Below, piece by piece: positions 18,705 through 27,895 of a stretch of DNA of 64,000 bases. The notes beneath the pieces were generated by a model, which was not told the origin of the DNA, made no database searches, and saw nothing but the letters and a program-made list of their open reading frames with translations. The position numbers and the translations under genes were made by a program. This stretch comes from Chloroflexota bacterium. Lineage in GTDB: Bacteria > Chloroflexota > Anaerolineae > Aggregatilineales > Ch27. The number at the start of each line of letters is the position of its first letter. The first letter of the stretch is position 1. The DNA lies in NCBI GenBank assembly GCA_019873685.1, contig JAIOAT010000005.1:65428-129427 (forward strand), read 5' to 3'.

Positions 18705-20354
18705 CTAGCGGAGTATTTCGTACAGCGTTACAGCACCAAACTCAATGCGGCTGCTCATCGTTTCCAGACTGCTATAGCACGGCTCACGCCCATCTTCTTG
18801 CCTATCCAGAGCACGTTCCTGTGGCCCCACGATAACATAACGCACGCTGTACCCATCCTGCTCCTGTGTGGGCCAGTAGCACGCCCGACCACTGAACCAG
18901 TCTTCCACCTGGGCGTAGCGAGCATCGCTGAGGAGCGTTTCGAACGGGTGGCCGTAGACAACGCGCTTGTCGGCGTAGGCCGGGATCCACAGGCCGACGT
19001 TGGGGCTGCTCAACACTACATCTTCAGGTGAACCGTTGTGCCGCAACCAGACCATCACATCCCAGTAATCGCGCTCCAGAAGCAAGCGCTGATCAAGACC
19101 AGCCTGTGGATTGACGATGCCAAAGAGCGGAACGCCCAGCGTCATGATGTGGGTGGGAATCACCGCCAGCACCAGCGCTACCGGAATCAGAGTACGCCCT
19201 CTGCCGCTATAGCGAACAAACCAGTAGTCCTCCAGCGAGCGCACGGCAAAGAAAACCAGCGGGATCACCAGGCCAATCATGAAGCGCCGCTGATGGTTGA
19301 AAGGGATAAAAACAGCTACCAGATTCACCACCAGCCACAGCAGCATCAACTGGTCACCATCTTCTTCAAAGCGGCGGACTGCCCGCACCAGCCCCGGCAG
19401 GGCAACAATCGGCAACAGCCCGTACCCAAGCAGGATCAGCAGGGGATGAGCTGTCTGATTGCGAATTTGAGCGTTCCAGATTTGCACGGCAGGGTTGTAC
19501 GTCAGCACCAGTACCAGGTACACCGCCACCAACCCCGCCGGCAGAAACAACATTGCCGTCCACCGCAGTTCCAGCACCGGGATGGCCCTCCGTCGGACGG
19601 CTGTGATTACCAGGTAGAGCACCAGTGCGCCCCCCAGCGGCACCAGCGCATGTGGCATCACCAGCGCCAGCACCAGGGCCAGCACAAAGATCGTCAGGCC
19701 GCCATTAGCAACGGCTGGCTCTTCCCGAAAATCAATCCGGAAGACCTTGACATAGCTGGCTGCTAGCAGCGCCAGGCAGCCAATCGCCAGCGGAAAGTGG
19801 GGGTTAGCATAAGCAGCATACAGGGGATAGGCTTCAGGGACGGCCATATCCGGCAGGGCGCTGGCCTCTACGTTGAACAACAGGGCCACCCAGCCCAGAC
19901 CTGAAGCCAGGGAAGACAATCCAAAGAAGAGCCGCCGTGGCCGTTCCCGTGTCCAGATCGTCGCTCCCAGATGGTAAAGCGTGCTGAACATGAACAGTGT
20001 GGCGACCACCCGCGCCAGATGAAACACCACCAGATTGGAGACGCCGATCACATGGGCGACATGCCCCAGCAGGATGTAGAACAAAAACACCGCTGCACCA
20101 GCGTGGGCTTCAGGCGTATGGGCCAGGTGGAACATCCACTCTCCCTGGATGCCCAGCCCGATCTTGGCCAGATAAGTCGCGCCATCCTGTGGATTGGCCA
20201 GAATACCCATAAACTGCCAGTCAGCGGCCCTGGCGTTAGCCGCCAGCGCCCACGCATACGGCAACAGGGTCAGGGCGGTCAGCACCCCGCCAACCGCAAA
20301 CACCCAGCGCCATTCCTTTGGCGTGATCTCAGTTGCTCCCCGACTTTGCATCAT
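18705..20354 (-). CDS. Hypothetical polytopic membrane protein (GT-C-like topology)
   Basis: 549-aa ORF with many TM segments and a soluble C-terminal domain (DVVLSSPNVGLWIPAYADKRVVYGHPFETL), which resembles the C-terminal fold of ArnT/PMT-like enzymes. The family is not firmly recognised. Confidence 0.55.
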   Translation of the reverse strand: MMQSRGATEITPKEWRWVFAVGGVLTALTLLPYAWALAANARAADWQFMGILANPQDGATYLAKIGLGIQGEWMFHLAHTPEAHAGAAVFLFYILLGHVAHVIGVSNLVVFHLARVVATLFMFSTLYHLGATIWTRERPRRLFFGLSSLASGLGWVALLFNVEASALPDMAVPEAYPLYAAYANPHFPLAIGCLALLAASYVKVFRIDFREEPAVANGGLTIFVLALVLALVMPHALVPLGGALVLYLVITAVRRRAIPVLELRWTAMLFLPAGLVAVYLVLVLTYNPAVQIWNAQIRNQTAHPLLILLGYGLLPIVALPGLVRAVRRFEEDGDQLMLLWLVVNLVAVFIPFNHQRRFMIGLVIPLVFFAVRSLEDYWFVRYSGRGRTLIPVALVLAVIPTHIMTLGVPLFGIVNPQAGLDQRLLLERDYWDVMVWLRHNGSPEDVVLSSPNVGLWIPAYADKRVVYGHPFETLLSDARYAQVEDWFSGRACYWPTQEQDGYSVRYVIVGPQERALDRQEDGREPCYSSLETMSSRIEFGAVTLYEILR

Positions 20355-20371
20355 GGCGCCTCAATCCCCGT

Positions 20372-20399
20372 TTGCACTTGATCATGGCATGGGTATAAT
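20372..20399 (+). promoter_or_regulatory. Candidate sigma-70 promoter (-35 TTGCAC, 16-nt spacer, -10 TATAAT)
   Basis: TTGCAC at 20372-20377 and TATAAT at 20394-20399. A second TATAAT sits at 20428-20433. Both are upstream of the gene starting at 20460. Confidence 0.4.
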
Positions 20400-20459
20400 G
20401 CGAGCCTGTAGATAGCCTCTCATATTCTATAATGACGTCCCGCTCCCGGATACTGGACC

Positions 20460-21161
20460 ATGAACCAGGCGCAGGCTCTGTACCAGCTCCAGACCATCGA
20501 CCTCAGAATCAGCGAATACAAAGCACGATTGGCTGAGATCGAACGATTGCTTGCTGAGCATACACGGGTTCCAGCAGCGGAGCAAACCCTGCGCCAGGCT
20601 GAAGAAGCCCTGGCTTCCTCGCGAATCAGGGTGCGTGACCTGGAGCTAGAGCTGAAAGGTCTGGCCAGCAAGAACGCGGCTACGGAGGAAGCGCTCTACA
20701 GCGGCAGGATCACTAACCCCAAAGAATTGCAGGACCTACAGGAGGAAGCTGCTTCACTGAAGCGTCGCCACAACCGGCTGGAGGATTCACTCCTCGAAGC
20801 CATGATTGAGACCGAATCGGCCCAGGAACGCTTCCAGCAGGCCGCCGCTGACCTGGCCCAGGCCCGCGCCGAAGCCGATGCGTCCCGCCAGGCGCTGATG
20901 GCTGAACTTGAGCAGATTCAGCAGGCGTTGGAGCCGCTCCGCCAGCAGCGAACAGAGGTCCTGCGCCAGATTGACGCGGCCAGCCTGGAATTGTACAAGA
21001 AGTTGTATGGCAGCAAATCTGGACAGGCAGTGGCTCCGGTAGAGGATGGCGCATGCCGCGCCTGCGGCGTCAGCCAGACCTCGGCAACCGTCCAGCAGGT
21101 GCGCCAGGGACACGAACTGGTTCGCTGCAATAACTGTGGGCGCATTCTGGTCATGCCTTAG
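20460..21161 (+). CDS. Coiled-coil zinc-ribbon protein (COG1579/DUF164-like)
   Basis: Long heptad-rich N-terminal region followed by the C-terminal CRACGVSQ..(20 aa)..CNNCGRILV C4 ribbon. Confidence 0.8.
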   Translation: MNQAQALYQLQTIDLRISEYKARLAEIERLLAEHTRVPAAEQTLRQAEEALASSRIRVRDLELELKGLASKNAATEEALYSGRITNPKELQDLQEEAASLKRRHNRLEDSLLEAMIETESAQERFQQAAADLAQARAEADASRQALMAELEQIQQALEPLRQQRTEVLRQIDAASLELYKKLYGSKSGQAVAPVEDGACRACGVSQTSATVQQVRQGHELVRCNNCGRILVMP

Positions 21162-21178
21162 CCCGGAGGGGGGAGAGC

Positions 21179-23857
21179 ATGTCCGAATTCCGGTTTGACC
21201 CGATCTCCTTTCTGATTGGCTTTATCAGCAGTGCGATTCTGGCTGCGGCCGTCTATCGCTTCCGTCACGCCATCGGCGGCCTCCGCCGCCAGGCCAGCGC
21301 CGGCGCGGAAAGCGCCCGCCGCTTCGCCACGCGCACCGCTGACGCCCGGTACCAGATTGACCTGGGTCGTTACTGCCAGCGCTACCACATCGCCGGACGT
21401 CTGGTTAAGCTGACCGACGTCCTGATCGAGCCGCGCTTTATCCCTGGCGTCGAGCCTTATGACACGTCAGGGGAGCACCGCATGCGCAACCCCTTCCATG
21501 TCATACCGCTGATTCACCGCTTCCCGGCGGCTTATGCGCCTTTCAATATTCGTACCATTGGCATCCCAGACCTGGGAGCAGGAGATCGCCACCTTGCGCT
21601 ACTTGGCCAGCCGGGCAGCGGGCGCAGCGTAGCCCTGGCGGCCATCGCCCTCTGGGCGCTTGGTGACCTGCAACTGGAACCTCCCGACGATCCCCTGAAG
21701 GCTAGTCTTGAGGAGGAAGAGGCCCGTCTGGATAAGAAGGTGCGCGATGCGCGCCAGGCTGAACGGAGCCAGATTCAGGCCCGCGCACTGGAGACAATCG
21801 CCCGCGCTCAGGAAGAAGCCCGCGCCACCCTGACCGCCAGCGAATCGCTTGCCGAAGCGGTGGACCTGCGCCGGTTGATGCCCATTCTGGTGCATCTGGG
21901 CGATATCGTTATCGATCCGGCCTCGCAGGCCCGCCTTGATCCGGCTGAGCCGCTGGTGCAGGCCATGCAGCGCAATCTACGCCGCGTGACCGCCCTCACC
22001 ACCCCACGCTACATCTACAATCGCCTGAGCGTCGGCCAGGCCCTGGTATTACTGGACGGTCTGGATGACCTGCCCCCGGCGGAACAGCAGGCCAAACTCG
22101 CCTGGCTGGGCCGTTTCCTCAAGGCGTACCCGGACTGCGTCGTGATTGTCGTTGGCCCGGCAACCGGTTTTCACCCCCTGCAGGAGCTGGGATTGACGCC
22201 TGTCTTCCTCCGCCCATGGATGGACGCAGACATTCAGCGGTATGCTGAGAAATGGGCCGCGGTCTGGCCGCGCATCACCAGGGCGCGTCGCCGCGCCACG
22301 CCGCCGCCGGATGAACGGGCGATCCGCATGGTGACTACCAACGCCCGCGCGCTCACACCGCTCGATCTGACAGGGCGCATCCTGGCTACCTATCACCAGA
22401 ACAACGAGGCTGCCGAGAATCTGACACGCTGGGACTGGTACAACCATCTGGTAACCAGAGATTTCCGCCTGAAGGATTTTGAGAAGAATCCCGACCTGGC
22501 TGACACAGCTCTCTACGCGGTAGCATTGCTGGCAGCCCGAATATTGACCAACGGCCCACTGCCTGCTGAACAACTGCGCCAGGCTGCTGATGAAGCGCTG
22601 CGGGCAGCGGGCAAAGCGGAAGGCAAAGCGCCTGCCCGATTGCCGCTCGATCCTGAGCGCTTCCTCCAGTTGCTTGTTGAGGACTCCCGGCTGCTTATTC
22701 AGCGCGCTGGCGGCCAGTTCGACTTTGCCCATCCAGTGCTCCGGGCGTTTCTGGCCAGCGTGACGTTGCTCGCAGCTGATAGCCAGCCGGCGCTGGAAGA
22801 CGTCGTTACCGATCCGGCCTGGCAGATCGCGCTGCCGTTTGCTGCGGCCAAGGCGCCCACAGAAACCATGAACCGCGCCGTGGTCAGGAAGCTCTCCCAG
22901 CAACCCGATCTGCTCTTTCAGAATCTGTTCGATCTGGCCTGCTGGATGGCCGACGCTCCAGCAGACGCGCCCTGGCGCGGTGAGGTATTCAGACGCTTTG
23001 GTGCCGCGCTGGTCTCCGCTGCCCAGTTCCCGGTGTTGCGTGAGTGGGCCATGGCCGCACTGGTATCCACTCGCGATCGCGGTGCCACGCTCATCCTGCG
23101 CCAGGCGCTGCGCTCCACAGACCCGCAGGTCCGCTGTCTGGGATGTGTTGGCCTGGGCGCCTTCGGCGATTCCGAAGCGATCCGCGAACTGCGTTCCATG
23201 ACGGAAGACGAAGAACTGGATGTGCAACTGGCGGCCTACCTGGCGCTGGCGGCCATCGGCACCGATCGGGCCATCGAACTATTGACCGAGGGAATCCGTG
23301 ATGGGCACGAAAGCCTGCGGCAGGCGATCGCCGAATCACTGGCCGCTTACCCAGAACCCGGCTATGCCCTGCTGCATGAAGCGGTGCGGGCAGAGGACAT
23401 GCTGATGCGCCGCGCCGCCGTGTTCGGCCTAGCGCGGATCAACACACCCTGGGCGCTAACTGACCTCTACGAGCGCATGTTGGAAGACGATCAGTGGTAC
23501 GTGCGCAGCGCTGCCGAACAGGCACTTGCGCGTTCCGCCATCGTCGGGCCAACCGCGGCAACTGCTCACCCGGCTGTCGAAAAGCTGGAATGGGTCAACG
23601 ACTGGGTAGCCGAACAAAGTCAGCAGACCGCCCCCGGTGAAGACGCTCGGCACATGCTCATCAATATGCTGCGCACAGGTAGCCAGGGCTACCGCGTTGC
23701 CTCAGCACGGACACTGGGCAAGCTGGGCTATTTGCCCGCACTGCCGGCGCTCTACCAGATTCTGGCTGACGACGCCGAACCGATTCGGGTGGCTGGCTAT
23801 GCGGCCCTGGCCGACCTTGAAACTCAGCTTGCAAGCCCGCTGCCCGGTGTGCTGTAA
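21179..23857 (+). CDS. Membrane-anchored NACHT-like STAND NTPase homolog with C-terminal HEAT (PBS-lyase-type) repeats
   Basis: N-terminal TM ISFLIGFISSAILAAAVY. P-loop-like LLGQPGSGRSVAL (Arg149 in place of Lys). Walker B-like ALVLLDGLDDL at residues 288-297, then VVIVVGPATG and FLRPWMDADIQRYAEKW NACHT-type blocks. The C-terminal third has repeated DPQVRCLGCVGLG / DVQLAAYLALAAIG / MLMRRAAVFGLARI / QWYVRSAAEQALA HEAT-like units. Confidence 0.7.
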   Translation: MSEFRFDPISFLIGFISSAILAAAVYRFRHAIGGLRRQASAGAESARRFATRTADARYQIDLGRYCQRYHIAGRLVKLTDVLIEPRFIPGVEPYDTSGEHRMRNPFHVIPLIHRFPAAYAPFNIRTIGIPDLGAGDRHLALLGQPGSGRSVALAAIALWALGDLQLEPPDDPLKASLEEEEARLDKKVRDARQAERSQIQARALETIARAQEEARATLTASESLAEAVDLRRLMPILVHLGDIVIDPASQARLDPAEPLVQAMQRNLRRVTALTTPRYIYNRLSVGQALVLLDGLDDLPPAEQQAKLAWLGRFLKAYPDCVVIVVGPATGFHPLQELGLTPVFLRPWMDADIQRYAEKWAAVWPRITRARRRATPPPDERAIRMVTTNARALTPLDLTGRILATYHQNNEAAENLTRWDWYNHLVTRDFRLKDFEKNPDLADTALYAVALLAARILTNGPLPAEQLRQAADEALRAAGKAEGKAPARLPLDPERFLQLLVEDSRLLIQRAGGQFDFAHPVLRAFLASVTLLAADSQPALEDVVTDPAWQIALPFAAAKAPTETMNRAVVRKLSQQPDLLFQNLFDLACWMADAPADAPWRGEVFRRFGAALVSAAQFPVLREWAMAALVSTRDRGATLILRQALRSTDPQVRCLGCVGLGAFGDSEAIRELRSMTEDEELDVQLAAYLALAAIGTDRAIELLTEGIRDGHESLRQAIAESLAAYPEPGYALLHEAVRAEDMLMRRAAVFGLARINTPWALTDLYERMLEDDQWYVRSAAEQALARSAIVGPTAATAHPAVEKLEWVNDWVAEQSQQTAPGEDARHMLINMLRTGSQGYRVASARTLGKLGYLPALPALYQILADDAEPIRVAGYAALADLETQLASPLPGVL

Positions 23858-23942
23858 TTGCCCGGTGTAGTCTGTGGATGGTTGCCTCTCAGAATCGCAG
23901 GGGCTGTTATTGTAGCTACTATGTACTTATTGACTACACGAA

Positions 23943-25715
23943 CTACCCTGTTGTTCCCTCAGCCCCTGCGGTATTCGGTGGAAAGCACAGTACCTCCACC
24001 TGCATCCGATTGAACGGATCACCGTCCCACCGCAGCACATACACACCATCGCTAGGGGCAACAAAGTCCAGCGGACCAGCAACCTGGCGATCAGCAACCG
24101 CCTGGAACGCCGTGTCAGCAAGTAGTGCATTGTCAGCATCGTTCATCACACTAAGCTGCCGGGCATCGCCTTCGCTGGGCAACCTGTGCTGGACGATAGC
24201 GCTCACCTGCGCCCCGGCAGGCGCACTAAAGCGCACTTCCCGCCCCGATACTTCATCCCAGCGCAGAAGAATATCTTCACAGGCCTGCACCGTCGTTGCA
24301 GTGGATACCTGTGGCAAGTCGCACGTCACGCCAGCCAGCAACTCGTCGCCCGTAGCTTCTGCAACAAATACATAGGTCCCTGCTTCCCTTGCCAGATAAT
24401 CAGCAGCAAGAGCGGTCCCTGCGCTCAGGGCCAGGCTCTGCATCGCACCGTCTGGGCCCAGAACTGCCAGCCCGGTAACGCTGGCGCCACTGAAGCTCAC
24501 CCGGATCGCCTGCCCTGCCTCCAGAGCCACCGAAACGCGGCCCTGACTATTCTCAACAACGACCGGCACCTGCTGCGTCAACGCAGTGCAGCGCAGTATC
24601 CCATCCGCGCCCGGTTCAGGAACCGGCAGCGCCTCAGCAGGAGGGGTCACAGCGCGCGGCAGCAGCCCCAGAGGCGCCTGCGTAACATCTGCCGTGACCA
24701 GGTTCAACGCCGGTCCCGGCACGCCCGCCACTGCGCCGCCGCTCATCGGCACCCGGATCATCTGTCCGGCTTCCGCTCGCCGGTTCACATCGCCGACAGC
24801 CAGTACCGCATAGCCTTCGATTGTCTGCACAGCCAGCACATCATCCGGGCTGGCCTGCACCAGCACAGTGCCGTCAAGCGTGAGTGTCAGCCCATTGACT
24901 CGCCAGGACGCCTTGCCATCCTCAGATTGGAGCAACAGACCACCGCGCGGCGCACCAGCACAGCCCGGTGCAAGGAAGCCGGTCTGCAACCGAGCGCCCT
25001 GAAAAGCCGGCGCGGGCAGCCCGCCGCTCACCTCCCCGCTCAACGGGTCAATCACCAGCATAAGGGCGGGATCGCAATCCGCCGGGGCAAGCTGGGCGAA
25101 AATCCAGGCATCGCGTCCTTCCCAGCGAACGCGCCACCACGACCCGTCAGCCAGGCGCGCCGTGATGGGCACAGAAGCGCCCGTCGACAGTTGCCCCAGA
25201 ATCGCCGACTCGGTGTTAGGCTCCTGCCGGATGTTCACCGTGCCAATCGACACAGCATTGCACGCAGGCGCGACAGGCGGCCCAGGCTCGTGCACGAGCG
25301 TCGCCTCACCAAACAGCACCGCAGTCAGGCGTTCGCCTTCCGCCAGGCCGGGCATGCTCAGCACACTGATGCCTGGCACCGGCTCGTTCGGCACCGCCCC
25401 ATGCGTTTCCACCCGCTCAATGTCCTCCAGCGGCAGCGCCGGCGCGTTGCCAAGTCGTTGTCCAGACGGGTCATAGACCTCAACCCGTCCCGCCGGGCAC
25501 AGCACACCCGGCGCCACACGGCTACACGTGGCTGCACTCCCCAACATCTCCTCCATGCTCGTCATACAGCTTTCGCCCCCCTGAGCATTCACCACAGGAG
25601 GGAGTGCCATTGCAGCCCACAACAAGCCGGAGCACAACAACAATGCCAGTGCAGTAACACGCGCTCGACCAGTCATCAGCAAACCTCGCACTACTGGCCA
25701 CAGGATGCCAGCCAT
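23943..25715 (-). CDS. Secreted hypothetical protein with a bacterial SH3 domain
   Basis: Signal-like N-terminus ALALLLCSGLLWAAMALPPVVNAQG. SH3b-like segment VNIRQEPNTESAILGQLSTGASVPITARLADGSWWRVRWEGRDAWIFAQL. The rest is beta-rich and unassigned. Confidence 0.6.
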   Translation of the reverse strand: MAGILWPVVRGLLMTGRARVTALALLLCSGLLWAAMALPPVVNAQGGESCMTSMEEMLGSAATCSRVAPGVLCPAGRVEVYDPSGQRLGNAPALPLEDIERVETHGAVPNEPVPGISVLSMPGLAEGERLTAVLFGEATLVHEPGPPVAPACNAVSIGTVNIRQEPNTESAILGQLSTGASVPITARLADGSWWRVRWEGRDAWIFAQLAPADCDPALMLVIDPLSGEVSGGLPAPAFQGARLQTGFLAPGCAGAPRGGLLLQSEDGKASWRVNGLTLTLDGTVLVQASPDDVLAVQTIEGYAVLAVGDVNRRAEAGQMIRVPMSGGAVAGVPGPALNLVTADVTQAPLGLLPRAVTPPAEALPVPEPGADGILRCTALTQQVPVVVENSQGRVSVALEAGQAIRVSFSGASVTGLAVLGPDGAMQSLALSAGTALAADYLAREAGTYVFVAEATGDELLAGVTCDLPQVSTATTVQACEDILLRWDEVSGREVRFSAPAGAQVSAIVQHRLPSEGDARQLSVMNDADNALLADTAFQAVADRQVAGPLDFVAPSDGVYVLRWDGDPFNRMQVEVLCFPPNTAGAEGTTG

Positions 25716-25752
25716 GGGGCAATCCCGGCCTATAGCCCACTGTATCGATTAC

Positions 25753-26550
25753 TCAACCCTGATCAGGGGAAACGCCCGTCGCAGTGGCCGGCGGTGTGGC
25801 CGTCACCTGAATGGCTTCCGCCGGGCAATAGACCACCTGCCGGTAATCGCTATGATACACATATGTGGTTTCACCGACCTGCAGTACGATGCGGTAGCCG
25901 GACACGGGTGTCGGAGGCACACTCTCCGCGCTCAGCAAACAGCCCAGCCGGGCGTCAGGCCAGTCAACCGGGTAGGCGTCCACCAGAAACACCCGGCGCA
26001 ACGGCAGATCCAGCCGTCGAGCTAAGTGGGCGCGTGCCAGTTCTACCAGCGCCTGCACCTGTGTATCCAGAAGGATCAGGTCGCCGGCGGGCGCTGCCTC
26101 CTCAGCCGGGCAATACACAAACCTTGCCTCGCTGTCCGTATGGTAGACGTACCGCGCATCCCCGATCAGCAGGCTGATCCGGTACCCCGGCAATGACTCG
26201 CCACTTACCTGATCAACCGGCTGGCACTCCAACCGTCCGCCTGGCCATGAGACCGCTTCGACCATCCGCACATCAATTTCATCAGCCGCCACACCCTCGC
26301 GCTCAGCCAGGTCAGTAACGACCAGCCCAACCATACTTCGGGCCGCTTCAACCCCTGCCTCTCCCATCGGTGTTGGAGTCAGCGCCAGAGGCATTGGCGT
26401 CGCGGTTGCCGCCGGAACCAGCGTTGGCGATGGCGTTGGCGTATCGGTAGAGCGAATCAGCGCCTGGGTAGGCTCCTGCAGAGCTGGCCCGGTTTCGCCA
26501 CAGCCAGCCAGCAGCACCATTGCCGCCACTACCCAGACCATGCGCTTCAT
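25753..26550 (-). CDS. Lipoprotein with an internally duplicated Cys-containing domain
   Basis: Lipobox MVLLAGCG after MKRMVWVVAA. I chose the start at 26550 to avoid overlapping yggU. The two homologous halves are W-P-GGRLEC..PGYRISLLIGDARYVYHTDSEARFVYCPAEE and WPDARLGC..SGYRIVLQVGETTYVYHSDYRQVVYCPAE. Confidence 0.6.
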   Translation of the reverse strand: MKRMVWVVAAMVLLAGCGETGPALQEPTQALIRSTDTPTPSPTLVPAATATPMPLALTPTPMGEAGVEAARSMVGLVVTDLAEREGVAADEIDVRMVEAVSWPGGRLECQPVDQVSGESLPGYRISLLIGDARYVYHTDSEARFVYCPAEEAAPAGDLILLDTQVQALVELARAHLARRLDLPLRRVFLVDAYPVDWPDARLGCLLSAESVPPTPVSGYRIVLQVGETTYVYHSDYRQVVYCPAEAIQVTATPPATATGVSPDQG

Positions 26551-26554
26551 GAGG

Positions 26555-26869
26555 TTAACTCTCGCTACCGGCCAGGCGCTCATCGAGCACAGCAGGATCG
26601 AGACCATCCACGCTCACCAGCTTGTCCCGCCCCTTCAGACCGGCCACAATCTGGATGGCAGCTGGCGCAACCTGCAACCACCCGGCCAGGAACGCCACCA
26701 GTTCCTGGTTGACCAGCTCAGGGTCGGTAGGTGAAGAGGTCAATCGGATCCTGAGCGCCCCACCCTCATGCACACCGGCAACTTCAGCGCGCTCCGCCCT
26801 GGTGATCACATGCACCGCAAACGCGGCTCCGCCAACCGCATCCCGGATCTCAAACTTCCGCCTGGGCAT
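26555..26869 (-). CDS. yggU: DUF167 (YggU) family protein
   Basis: 104 aa with the family pattern V..RA.R.EV.G..(G)ALRI.L...P.....N.EL..FLA..L.V....I.IV.G...R.K.V.V.GL. Confidence 0.8.
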   Translation of the reverse strand: MPRRKFEIRDAVGGAAFAVHVITRAERAEVAGVHEGGALRIRLTSSPTDPELVNQELVAFLAGWLQVAPAAIQIVAGLKGRDKLVSVDGLDPAVLDERLAGSES

Positions 26870-26884
26870 GAGCAGCCGTCCTTT

Positions 26885-27142
26885 CTACAGCGCGGCGACA
26901 ATAACCTGCGTCACCAGCTGGACAAGAATCATGGCAATTACCGGGCTGAAATCCAACCCCATGGTCTGCGGGAGCACCTGGCGGATCGGTTGAAGCACCG
27001 GCTCGGTGAGCTGGAGCAACACCTGCACCACCGGATGATATGGATTGATCTGCACCCAGCTCATCAGCACACGAGCCAGCAAGATAAACTGATACAACCG
27101 TCCGAGCATCAGAATGAACTCAGCCATGACATTACACCTCAC
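26885..27142 (-). CDS. yggT: YggT family membrane protein
   Basis: 85 aa with [34 protein letters not shown], the YGGT repeat pattern. It overlaps yggS by 4 nt (ATGA). Confidence 0.85.
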   Translation of the reverse strand: MRCNVMAEFILMLGRLYQFILLARVLMSWVQINPYHPVVQVLLQLTEPVLQPIRQVLPQTMGLDFSPVIAMILVQLVTQVIVAAL

Positions 27143-27882
27143 AACCGCGGGCCGAAGATGGCCCGGCCAATCCGCACAATCGTCGCTCCTTCGCTGATCG
27201 CCACCGGGAAATCATCCGTCATCCCCATACTGAGTTGCGACCAGTCAAGCTGTGGAAACGACTCCGCCAGGGCATCACGCAGCCGGCGCAACCCCGCAAA
27301 GGTCGGGCGTGCCTGTTCCGCTTCCGCCACGATCGGCGCCATCGTCATCAGTCCACGCACCCGGATACCAGGCAGGGCCTGAAGCTGGCGCACATCTTCC
27401 CATAGCGTCTGGCGCAGCGTCGCGCTTTCCTCCCAGCCAGCCACCTGCCAGCCATACTTGCTGGCTTCGCCGCTGGTATTCATCTCCAGCAGGACATCCA
27501 GCGTTTCACCCGCCTCCTGAGCCAGCCGCGAGAGCTTGGATGCCAGCCGCAGAGAGTCGACCGAATGGATCAGGACAAATCGCGACAGCACCAGCCGCGC
27601 TTTGCGGCTCTGAATGTGGCCGATCATGTGCCAGCGCACCGGCGCACCCGGCAATTTCGCCCTGACAGCAGCAATCTTCTCGACTGCCTCTTCCGGGCGA
27701 TTCTCACCGAAGTCAGTCTGTCCGGCCTGCCAGGCTGCCGCCACCAGCTCCGGCGGGTGCGTCTTACTGACCGCCACCAGCGTCACCGCGTCTGGCGAAC
27801 GGCCCGCTGCGCGACATGCCGCCGCAATCTGCTCGCGCACAAACCGCAAACGCTCGTTAAGCTCCTGTGCGTTCAGGATCAC
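27139..27882 (-). CDS. yggS: YggS family pyridoxal-phosphate homeostasis protein
   Basis: [11 protein letters not shown] (PLP Lys), [34 protein letters not shown] and [10 protein letters not shown] blocks. Confidence 0.9.
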   Translation of the reverse strand: MILNAQELNERLRFVREQIAAACRAAGRSPDAVTLVAVSKTHPPELVAAAWQAGQTDFGENRPEEAVEKIAAVRAKLPGAPVRWHMIGHIQSRKARLVLSRFVLIHSVDSLRLASKLSRLAQEAGETLDVLLEMNTSGEASKYGWQVAGWEESATLRQTLWEDVRQLQALPGIRVRGLMTMAPIVAEAEQARPTFAGLRRLRDALAESFPQLDWSQLSMGMTDDFPVAISEGATIVRIGRAIFGPRL

Positions 27883-27895
27883 GCCTCGCCATCCT

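Noticed and set aside
23865-23939. An 8-bp inverted repeat GTGTAGTC / GACTACAC spaced 59 nt apart between convergent genes.
   Set aside because: It is probably just part of an AT-rich bidirectional termination region. The arms are short and the spacer is long, so a chance occurrence is plausible.
24186-26177. A 663-aa ORF on the plus strand spanning two minus-strand genes. Similar long antisense ORFs lie at 22049..23227 (-), 45528..47108 (+), 61918..63417 (+), 3248..4165 (+), 927..1700 (-) and 35773..36528 (+).
   Set aside because: Their translations are Arg/His/Pro/Gln-rich strings with no motifs. Each mirrors a motif-rich gene on the opposite strand. Long stop-free antisense frames are expected in GC-rich coding DNA.
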